NCBI GenBank assembly: GCA_943354645.1
Contig: CALRCO010000002.1
Location: 1-36,008 of the forward strand
DNA length: 36,008 bases
Direction of reading: 5' to 3'
Source: Candidatus Nomurabacteria bacterium
GTDB taxonomy: Bacteria > Patescibacteriota > Minisyncoccia > Phycocordibacterales > UBA9973
Position numbers and translations under genes: made by a program
Notes under the pieces: model-generated
Seen by the model: only the letters and a program-made list of their open reading frames with translations
Database searches by the model: none
What the model was told of the DNA's origin: nothing
In this document: positions 28,801-35,602 of the stretch, in pieces
Layout of the letters: each line of letters starts with the position of its first letter
How positions within the stretch are numbered: the first letter of the stretch is position 1

Positions 28801-30712
28801 ACCAACAAATGGTGCAACTATTTCTGGTGCAGCAACGACGCTTTCTGCAACAGCAACAGATGCAAGCGGTGTGGCAAGTGTCGTCTTTAAAATTGATGGG
28901 ACCGCTATTGCAACAGTGACAACGGCTCCTTATACAACATCACTCAATACAACAAGTTATACAAATGGCAGTCATACATTAACTGCGGTTGCAACTGATA
29001 CAAAGGCAAACAGCGCAACGGCGACACTAAGCATTATTGTAAGTAATACTGTTACTGATAGTACTCCTCCGAGCGTGCCAACAGGTCTTTCTGCAACAGC
29101 AATTTCATCTTCAGTTATCAATCTCTCGTGGACTGCATCAACAGATAACGTTGGGGTAACTGAATACAGAATTTATCGCGGGGGTGTTCAGATTGCGACA
29201 AGCACAACAACGTCATATTCAAATACTGGGCTCAGTGCAGGAACTCCATATTCATACACAGTGGCTGCATATGATGCTGCGGGGAATAATTCTGCACAGT
29301 CAACAGCGGCTTCTGCAACGACACAAAATGCTGCAGATGTTACCGCACCAACTACTCCAACAAATCTCACAGCAACAGCAACATCGTCGTCACAAATTAA
29401 TTTGTCATGGACCGCATCAACAGACGCAGTTGGGGTGACAGGATACAAGATTTATCGAGGAGGTACGTATTTAGCGACAAGTACGACAACGCTTTATAAT
29501 AATACAGGCCTCACCGCATCTACTGCATACACCTATACTGTCGCAGCTTATGATGCTGCGGGGAATAATTCTGCACAATCATCGTCTGCAACAGCAACAA
29601 CACAAGCACCAGCCGGTGATGCAACACCACCTTCTGCACCAACAGGATTAGCATCAAGTAGTATTACGCAAACATCCGCTGTTATTTCTTGGACTGCATC
29701 AACGGATAATGTCGGCGTAACTGGGTATGATATTTATAAAAATGGATCACTTGCTGGTTCATCTGCGGGTACGTCATATACTGCTTCTGGTCTTACCGCT
29801 TCTACTACCTATTCATTTACCGTAAAAGCAAAAGATGCTGCGGGAAATATTTCAGCGTCATCTACTGCACTTTCCGTTGTTACCATTGCAGCTCCAGATA
29901 CAACACCGCCAACTGTTTCCTTTACCGCACCAACAAATGGCGCGACGATTTTAGGCACAGCAGCAGTTCTCACTGCAACAGCAACAGATGCAGGAGGTAT
30001 TGCAAGTGTTGTGTTCAAAATTGACGGGACAGCAATCATAACTGATACGACAACTCCGTATACGACAACGTTAAATACTACGTCGTACACTAATGGAAAT
30101 CATACCTTAACCGCTACAGCAACAGACACGAATGCAAATATTGCAACCGCAACTATTACCGTTTCTATAAATAATCCTGTTGCTGATGCCACTGCACCAA
30201 GTGTTCCAACAAATCTTTCTGCAACAGCAACATCATCTTCTCAAATAAATCTCTCATGGACAGCATCAACAGATAATGTCGCAGTGACTGGCTATAAAAT
30301 TTATCGCGGAGGAGTATTTCTCACCAATAACACAGGCACAACCTATAGTAATACTGGTCTCACTGCTTCAACTGCGTACTCGTATACCGTGGCCGCATAC
30401 GATGCTGCAAATAATAATTCTGCACAATCAACATCTGCGAGTGCGACGACACAAGCAGCTATCAGTGGGTATACCGCTGCTCAGGTTGCGACACACGCAA
30501 CTGCAGCTGATTGTTGGTTTATCGTGACTGTTACTGGAAGTACTGCAAAGGTGTACGATGTTGATTCATATATCAATAGTCACCCAGGGGGTAAGAATGC
30601 AATTTCTTCAAGATGTGGACAAAATGCATCAACAGCATTCAATAATCAAGGACATTCAAATAATGCAAAAAATATCTTGAATGGACTCTTTATAGGTAAT
30701 CTCATTCCATAA
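25838..30712 (+). CDS. giant surface protein: DoxX-like 4-TM anchor, five cytochrome b5-like modules, five Ig-like modules, five FN3 modules
   Basis: 1,624-aa ORF. The N-terminus RFAPVFIRLAMGAVFLWFAMAQL...LLNGVFELLAGTFLIIGMY is DoxX-like. HPGG motifs lie at 26546, 26945, 27509, 28337 and 30581. Each is followed by CG.(D/N)A(T/S).AF(K/N)..G....HS. FN3 modules carry LSWTASTDNVGVTGY.IY. Ig-like modules begin DTT(A/P)PTV(S/T)(I/F). Confidence 0.9.
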   Translation: MMPEGGLQFMPSASPGIQRFAPVFIRLAMGAVFLWFAMAQLQNPSGWVSYLPEFLQKLTFISPVTIILLNGVFELLAGTFLIIGMYIRVSAILLGVHLFGIAFAMGMTAIGVRDFGLSFVTIAVGIAGNDFFSLDGFLERKGWLMTSTWANYFYRLLQLAIAVGVSFYAFYIFETASIAPGIINEGSTQILGGSSGTSSDMPITLSLDTVSKHITKNDCWIVVDNKIYTVGAYAPFHPGGEDRISSMCGKDATVAFKTKGGIGNDHSSGARTTLEKYYVGTIGQTIGGNKPVPATPTTPTISAGGTTTTPAIKPVIPSKSVVVTPPKPTSTPVPATGLTASVVATHKTQSNCWIIVSGKVYNVTAYINFHPGGANVIIGQCGKDATVAFNTKGGGGTHSTSAKNLLAGYLVGTLGSTVVPPTTPPVVDTTAPTVTISTPVNNATVTNTITISATATDTKGVAGVVFTIDGDNIGSDMMSPYSVTLNTKSYTNGNHTIKAEASDISGNKASKSITIKINNAVVATGITAATVATHKTSSNCWIIVSGKVYDVTSYISIHPGGTSTIINQCGKDATNAFNTKGGTGGSHSSSAKSTLTGFYLGDLSGATVTDTTNPTLTISAPTNGATVAAAVTFSATASDASGVANVVFSMDGATLATDTSSPYSTSINTLLETNGSHTLTAKATDTNGNTTTKSVTVTISNTGPQDTTPPVVSITAPASGATISDTASISATATDVGGMTSVTFKIDGATIATDTVSPYTTSFNTVSYTNGSHTLTAVATDTSGNTATATRTVTISNTGGTYTTAQVATHASVSNCWFIISGKVYDVTSYISVHPGGTSTIINQCGTDATTAFNTKGGGGTHSTSAKSILNTFYIGDLAGAPPSDTTAPSAPTVTATGTTQTITNLSWTASTDNVGVTGYNIYQDGGLWDIATGTSMQITGLTPSTTYIFTVKAKDAAGNMSAPSNALSVTTTAPPSDTTPPTVSFTTPTNGATISGAATTLSATATDASGVASVVFKIDGTAIATVTTAPYTTSLNTTSYTNGSHTLTAVATDTKANSATATLSIIVSNTVTDSTPPSVPTGLSATAISSSVINLSWTASTDNVGVTEYRIYRGGVQIATSTTTSYSNTGLSAGTPYSYTVAAYDAAGNNSAQSTAASATTQNAADVTAPTTPTNLTATATSSSQINLSWTASTDAVGVTGYKIYRGGTYLATSTTTLYNNTGLTASTAYTYTVAAYDAAGNNSAQSSSATATTQAPAGDATPPSAPTGLASSSITQTSAVISWTASTDNVGVTGYDIYKNGSLAGSSAGTSYTASGLTASTTYSFTVKAKDAAGNISASSTALSVVTIAAPDTTPPTVSFTAPTNGATILGTAAVLTATATDAGGIASVVFKIDGTAIITDTTTPYTTTLNTTSYTNGNHTLTATATDTNANIATATITVSINNPVADATAPSVPTNLSATATSSSQINLSWTASTDNVAVTGYKIYRGGVFLTNNTGTTYSNTGLTASTAYSYTVAAYDAANNNSAQSTSASATTQAAISGYTAAQVATHATAADCWFIVTVTGSTAKVYDVDSYINSHPGGKNAISSRCGQNASTAFNNQGHSNNAKNILNGLFIGNLIP

Positions 30713-30776
30713 ATGTAATATTGATGCTCAAATAACTCGATGCTTACATCGGTTATTTGAGCACAGGAAAGGGGGT

Positions 30777-30960
30777 CGGGGAATGAAAATGAAACTGCTT
30801 TCATTTTCATCCGATTCCGCAAAGCGGAAATGGCCGTTGCGCAAGCAGGTCATAGGCATAGAGTTTTCCCCGTGGCGGAGAGCAGGCGCTAGCCGTTGCG
30901 AACCGAGGGGTTCGCAAAGAACGATACCCCGTGTGCTTGCGCCGGGGTTCGTTCATTTAT
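30777..30960. ncRNA. candidate structured RNA: GC-rich island with nested hairpins; strand and family unknown
   Basis: There is a 14-bp hairpin at 30780-30812, TTCCGC-AAA-GCGGAA at 30815-30829, and a long-range pair GCGCAAGCA (30839-30847) with TGCTTGCGC (30934-30942). That pair encloses the 9-bp hairpin TTGCGAACC-GAGG-GGTTCGCAA (30896-30917). G+C is clearly above the surroundings. The only ORF here is Arg-rich and implausible. Confidence 0.4.
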
Positions 30961-31039
30961 CCACTCGTCATAATGCTTGATCTGTAGTTCATGGTAGAAT
31001 AGAAGGGTGAGTATTTATTAGGTTAATTTATTTTATTGT

Positions 31040-31276
31040 ATGAAGTTACACATGATCGCGTTTATTCTCCTTGTTGTTGGTGGTCTCAACTGGCTCTGTT
31101 TTGGTATTTTTGGATGGGATATTGTTGGTAAGATTTTCGGTGGTATGGAATCGACTATCTCACAAATCGTGTATATTCTTGTCGGACTTGCTGCTGTTTA
31201 TGAAATTATTACCCACAAAAAGAATTGCAATTGTTGTTCAGTTGCAAAGACATCTGGAGCTTCAACAGGAATGTAA
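31040..31276 (+). CDS. DUF378-family small membrane protein with a Cys-rich C-terminal extension
   Basis: LLVVGGLNWLCFGIFGWDIV..IFGG...SQIVYILVGLAAVYEI matches the DUF378 pattern. The tail is HKKNCNCCSVAKTSGASTGM. Confidence 0.8.
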   Translation: MKLHMIAFILLVVGGLNWLCFGIFGWDIVGKIFGGMESTISQIVYILVGLAAVYEIITHKKNCNCCSVAKTSGASTGM

Positions 31277-31290
31277 TATTCTATTGAACA

Positions 31291-31322
31291 AAAAAACCTC
31301 GATTACTGTCGAGGTTTTTTTA
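31291..31322 (+). terminator. intrinsic terminator
   Basis: AAAAAAACCTCGA-TTACTG-TCGAGGTTTTTTT. Confidence 0.85.
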
Positions 31323-31389
31323 TTTTTTACTCACACATATCCTTATCTATTATTTTTAAAAAAGTAGATGTAGGGAGTATACTTTGTAT

Positions 31390-32385
31390 ATGAAATATCT
31401 TTGGACTGCGATTATTATCCTTGCTTTAGTAGGTGGTGGATTTTATTATAGTACTACTCATAAGACACTAAAAGGAGAGCAAGTGGGCGGCTCTCTTTTT
31501 CCTGTAGAAAATCAAGTTGTGCCAGTAATTACTCCAACTCCAATTCCATCACAAAATCAAAATCCGCTACCGACGACACCATTTGATGTTACAACAACAT
31601 ACAAAACATCTTCAAAAACAAATCTTGCATATGCAAATGATGGTATAGCAATGCACGCATTTGATTTGTATACACCTTTAGACGGGAAAACAGTTCGTCC
31701 ATTTGTTGTGTTTATTCACGGTGGTGGTTTTATTACTGGTGATAAAAAAGAAACAAAAGCATGGGCGCAACAAATGGCAACGCATGGATTTGCGGTGGCA
31801 ACTGTGAATTATCGACTGGAAACACAAGGTGCAATCTGGCCAGAACCATTGTGCGACATACGCACTGCAACAAAATATTTAGTTGATAATGCAGCGACGC
31901 TTGGACTCGATGGTACACATTTTGCAATTGCTGGCGTTTCTGCAGGTGGTATTTTGACGGCACAAGCAACACTTTCTGCAAATGATAAAAATCTTTGCGG
32001 ATTTGTCGCACCATTTCCTCGGGGAGGTGTCGTTTCATCAGGTTCGTTTATGAAGCAAGATATTCCATTATTTAAAAAAGCGGAATTGACTATGGTATCA
32101 GGATTATTAGGGTGCGCCTCATGGGCAGATGCAAGTTGTGCACCTAAACTCGCCGTTTTTTTACCGGAAACCTATGCCGACAAAAATGACCCACCGATGC
32201 TTTTATTGCACGGCGAAAAAGATACCACCGTACCGACACAACATGCTCGTGATTTTTATCCATTTTTACAAGGGAAGGGAATTGACGTGTCTCTTAAACT
32301 TGCCCCAGACCTTGGTCACCCAGGATTATTTGATCGATTTAACACCGAAACGATTCAATTTTTCGCAGGAGTACTCTCTAAGTAG
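31390..32385 (+). CDS. secreted or membrane-anchored alpha/beta hydrolase (esterase/lipase, HGGG type)
   Basis: It has the oxyanion motif VVFIHGGGF, the nucleophile elbow GVSAGG, then LLLHGEKDTTVP and GH. The ATG at 31390 is preferred over the TTG at 31384 because TATACT (31378-31383) ends 6 nt before it. Confidence 0.85.
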   Translation: MKYLWTAIIILALVGGGFYYSTTHKTLKGEQVGGSLFPVENQVVPVITPTPIPSQNQNPLPTTPFDVTTTYKTSSKTNLAYANDGIAMHAFDLYTPLDGKTVRPFVVFIHGGGFITGDKKETKAWAQQMATHGFAVATVNYRLETQGAIWPEPLCDIRTATKYLVDNAATLGLDGTHFAIAGVSAGGILTAQATLSANDKNLCGFVAPFPRGGVVSSGSFMKQDIPLFKKAELTMVSGLLGCASWADASCAPKLAVFLPETYADKNDPPMLLLHGEKDTTVPTQHARDFYPFLQGKGIDVSLKLAPDLGHPGLFDRFNTETIQFFAGVLSK

Positions 32386-32468
32386 CTTTTTGAACCACAG
32401 AGACAAGATAGATATGCACATTTAGAGGAGTAATTCAATAATGTGTCAATAATTAGGTGCTACACTAG

Positions 32469-34370
32469 ATGTATATTAAACGTAGTATTTATTTAAGTAT
32501 GCAAACTATGATTACCCATTTTTCAAAATTTACGCAATGGCTTGCCGATTCTTTTGTGTTTGTTGTTATTTTTATCATAGGAGCGACTTTTATTATAATC
32601 AATGTAGTTGCCGCTCCAGCAGAAGGAGCTCCTACTGTTTCAAATTTAGGATCCGTAGAATTTGTTGCTGGTGGGCATACCGCAAATACACAACCAACGC
32701 TCACTTTTGATGCAACAGGAGCAGATCCTCTAGACGAAATGGCCTATGAGATAGGTATCTTTAGTGATGCTGATTTCCTTGTTCCTGTTTTAGAATTTAC
32801 CTCGAATAATCTTCCTGCAGAAACAACTTCTTTTTCCTATCAAGTAGGACAGAGTGGTGGTACATACACAACAGGAGAAGAAGCAATGATTCTTTCAGAA
32901 GGGTCCTATTATTGGCGAGTACTAGGAATTGCGTTGCATGAAGTATCAAGTGAGAGAGGCCCTGTGATTTCCCGGCTTCCTTCGGCATATGCATTTGCAA
33001 ATAATCAAGATGTTGCCTTTATTGTTGATTTAACAGGGCCGCTTATTACTACTGTTGCTGCAGATGTTTCTTCTGACTCAACGCGAGGTATAGGTACTGA
33101 TTATACTATTGCAATCACGTGGGTGACTCGTGGAGAGAGTGGCTCATCAACCGTTGAATATGGTATGACTGATGCGTATGGAGAAACCGCTGATGGTGAC
33201 GCTGGGTTCACTCATGGTGTTTCTGTTACTTGTAACACAGAAGATGCACCAACGCTGTCTTTTGCTTGTACCGAAGATGCCACGATACACTATCGGGTGA
33301 TTTCAACAGATAATGCTGGTAATGAGTCTGTAAGTGAAGACTATACGTTTGATTTAACTTCTAGCGGGCGTGGTAATAGTGCGCCAGTAATATCTGCACT
33401 TGGACCCGATGCGTCTATTTCCAGGATTACGTATACAAGTTCGGACGAACTCACATTTTCCATTACCGCAACAGATCCTGATGCAGATGATCAATTGCAA
33501 TATCATATTCAAATAGATGATTCAGAAGATTTTTCATCTCCTGTTGTTGATTATACTTCCGCACTTGGACTGGTTGAGGGGGGTATTATCGTTGTTCCTG
33601 TAGAGATTATTCCTGTAGAGGTTGTTCCTGGAGAGGTATTAAGTCAAGAAGTACAGCGAGGACTATTTAAAGGAGTAATAAAAAAAGCAAGCGCAGCGCC
33701 GTTAGGGACAACCATTGAAGAACTATTTCGCATTGGACAAGATGACGCAGTAAGTGGTGGTTCTTATACTGAAGGAGAAGTTGGACAAGTGCTTTCTCGA
33801 GGAAGTTATTATTGGCGAGTTGAAGTAATAGATGCTGCTAGTGCTACAAGTGGTTTTTCAAATGCTTCAGAAAGCTTCGCCTTTGCTATTTCCGGCGCGG
33901 CTGCTTCTTCAGAAGCGAGGGGAGGTCATGGACGAATTGAAGCAATAAAAACAGTAACGAAATTAACAAAAACAGAAGAATTAACAGAGACGGAAAATGT
34001 GGTAGAACAAATAATTGCTTCTATAGCAAATCTTGCGCCAGAAGACATTGAACGAAATAATGGGGCTGTTATTCTTGGTAACACAAATGCCGAACCCGCG
34101 AAGGTTGTCTTTAGTCAAGATTTGAAAAAAGGAAAATTTAATAATGAGGTAAAAGTGTTGCAACAATATCTTAATCAGCACGGATACGTTATTTCAGAAA
34201 GCGGACGTGGTTCACCTGGAAATGAGACAAAATATTTTGGGCGAAAGACACAAGCTGCACTTGCCAAATTTCAATTAGAAGTGATAAAAAATAAGAGCGG
34301 TATTATCCCCGTTGAACCTATTGGCCAGTTTGGACTGACGACTCGTACGTATATTAATATTGTGAAATAG
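32469..34370 (+). CDS. surface protein with N-terminal TM anchor, FN3-like modules and a C-terminal peptidoglycan-binding (PG_binding_1-like) domain
   Basis: 633-aa ORF with a TM helix FVFVVIFIIGATFIIINVV. The internal repeat GG(T/S)YT.GE......S.GSYYWRV occurs twice. The C-terminus is VKVLQQYLNQHGY...YFGRKTQAALAKFQ. Alternative starts are at 32499 and 32508. Confidence 0.8.
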   Translation: MYIKRSIYLSMQTMITHFSKFTQWLADSFVFVVIFIIGATFIIINVVAAPAEGAPTVSNLGSVEFVAGGHTANTQPTLTFDATGADPLDEMAYEIGIFSDADFLVPVLEFTSNNLPAETTSFSYQVGQSGGTYTTGEEAMILSEGSYYWRVLGIALHEVSSERGPVISRLPSAYAFANNQDVAFIVDLTGPLITTVAADVSSDSTRGIGTDYTIAITWVTRGESGSSTVEYGMTDAYGETADGDAGFTHGVSVTCNTEDAPTLSFACTEDATIHYRVISTDNAGNESVSEDYTFDLTSSGRGNSAPVISALGPDASISRITYTSSDELTFSITATDPDADDQLQYHIQIDDSEDFSSPVVDYTSALGLVEGGIIVVPVEIIPVEVVPGEVLSQEVQRGLFKGVIKKASAAPLGTTIEELFRIGQDDAVSGGSYTEGEVGQVLSRGSYYWRVEVIDAASATSGFSNASESFAFAISGAAASSEARGGHGRIEAIKTVTKLTKTEELTETENVVEQIIASIANLAPEDIERNNGAVILGNTNAEPAKVVFSQDLKKGKFNNEVKVLQQYLNQHGYVISESGRGSPGNETKYFGRKTQAALAKFQLEVIKNKSGIIPVEPIGQFGLTTRTYINIVK

Positions 34371-34374
34371 ATAC

Positions 34375-34608
34375 ATGCATAAGGCGCCAAAGGACTTACG
34401 AGAAGCTATCAGTTCAACACCGAAAGCGTTTGTTGTATGGGAAGATATAACGCCACTCGCACGCAATGAATGGATATGTTGGGTGATCTCCGGAAAGAGA
34501 GCAGAAACGAGAAATATTCGCATACAAAAAGCAATTTCAAAACTCTCGGGTGGCATGCGCCGACCGTGCTGTTGGGCGGGATGTACGCATCCCTTGGGTC
34601 GTTCATGA
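34375..34608 (+). CDS. YdeI/OmpD-associated family protein (small)
   Basis: 77-aa ORF. P.DL..A......F..W..ITPLARNEWICWV.S.KR.ETR..RI.KAI..L..G.RRPCCW.GC matches the family pattern as I recall it. Confidence 0.7.
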   Translation: MHKAPKDLREAISSTPKAFVVWEDITPLARNEWICWVISGKRAETRNIRIQKAISKLSGGMRRPCCWAGCTHPLGRS

Positions 34609-34709
34609 GTTCCTAATATGAGAGGATATTTAAAACTATCTATTTCTCAACATAGGTATACAATAAAGATATATCGTACGCCCCATATTATTATATAATT
34701 TTTATTTTT

Positions 34710-34934
34710 ATGAAGACAAAAACACTTTTGATTCTATTAGGGATTGCTGCGATTATTATAATCATATTCGTTGTATCAAAAGATTCTGTTCAGAATCCAG
34801 ATGATACCGGTACTGTTGTAGAGACACCTGTCGTGACACCAGTGAAGCAGCCAGTAGTAACTGCACCAATAACAACTCCTGTCACCCCTACAAATCCAGC
34901 GTTCCCAACAACAGGATTTGAACCAAAAAACTAA
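34710..34934 (+). CDS. small membrane-anchored Pro/Thr/Val-rich protein ending in FPTTGFEPKN
   Basis: 74-aa ORF with TM helix LLILLGIAAIIIIIFVV and a PT-rich tail. TATAAT (34694-34699) lies 10 nt before the ATG, and a terminator follows the ORF. Confidence 0.6.
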   Translation: MKTKTLLILLGIAAIIIIIFVVSKDSVQNPDDTGTVVETPVVTPVKQPVVTAPITTPVTPTNPAFPTTGFEPKN

Positions 34935-34945
34935 TACACAGAAAA

Positions 34946-34983
34946 TAAAAAATAAGCCATTTTACTAAATGGCTTATTTTTTA
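34946..34983. terminator. bidirectional intrinsic terminator
   Basis: AAAAAATAAGCCATTT-TAC-TAAATGGCTTATTTTTT. Confidence 0.85.
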
Positions 34984-34990
34984 TTGCGCA

Positions 34991-35602
34991 TTATTGTTGC
35001 AATAATGGAATTTTGTCGGTGAAAATTACTAATCGTGATACGTGAGATTTGAGTAGTGCATCCCATAATCCATCGCAGGTGATGAGGTTCACATGGGCCA
35101 ACCCATCATCTGAAGAAAAAACCTCGTTCGTGTCAGCATATAATGGATAGTCTTTAATTTTGGTTACCGAAAAATAAATAATGGATCCATCGCTGTTGGT
35201 GACTGTTATCATATCGCCGATTTTTATTTTCTTTAAATTAGTAAATACTGCATTGGGGCTGTCTTTCCAATTGACGTGTCCAGCGAATACCGCACTCCCA
35301 ATATCTCCTGGGCGAGTGCCTAAGTCGTACCACCCGACATTTTCTGGAAGGATTGGTACACCCATTGCACCATTTACCACACCTACCAGCTCAATCGATG
35401 CCTTGACCCCTATACTCTCAATAGAGAGCTCTGTGGGGATGCTTGCTTCTACAGTGGGTATTTCTATTGGGTCGACTATTGTTTCAGAGGATTCAGTCGG
35501 TATATCTTCCTTTGCGATGGTGGTTATTTTTGAGGTTGTCAAAATAAATCCGCAAATAATTACGAATGCAAGTACAACGATGTGTCTTAAAATATCTTTC
35601 AC
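34991..35602 (-). CDS. sortase (class E/F-like transpeptidase)
   Basis: 203-aa ORF with an N-terminal TM anchor. It has LSIESIGVKASI, VGWYDLGTRPGDIGSAVFAGHV (catalytic His), LITCDG (catalytic Cys) and SRLVIFT (Arg). It has a GTG start with TATACT ending 6 nt upstream. Confidence 0.85.
   Translation of the reverse strand: MKDILRHIVVLAFVIICGFILTTSKITTIAKEDIPTESSETIVDPIEIPTVEASIPTELSIESIGVKASIELVGVVNGAMGVPILPENVGWYDLGTRPGDIGSAVFAGHVNWKDSPNAVFTNLKKIKIGDMITVTNSDGSIIYFSVTKIKDYPLYADTNEVFSSDDGLAHVNLITCDGLWDALLKSHVSRLVIFTDKIPLLQQ

Noticed and set aside
9484-30712. Diversity-generating retroelement targeting the surface proteins
   Set aside because: There is no reverse transcriptase gene in the window. 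I saw no non-coding template repeat matching a gene 3' end with adenine-specific differences. The repeats present are in-frame FN3/Ig module duplications.
30783-30980. 65-aa ORF (MKMKLLSFSSDSAKRKWPLRKQ...) in the GC-rich island
   Set aside because: It is Arg-rich and low-complexity, as expected when GC-rich structured RNA or DNA is translated. It has no start context, and the region is better explained by nested helices.
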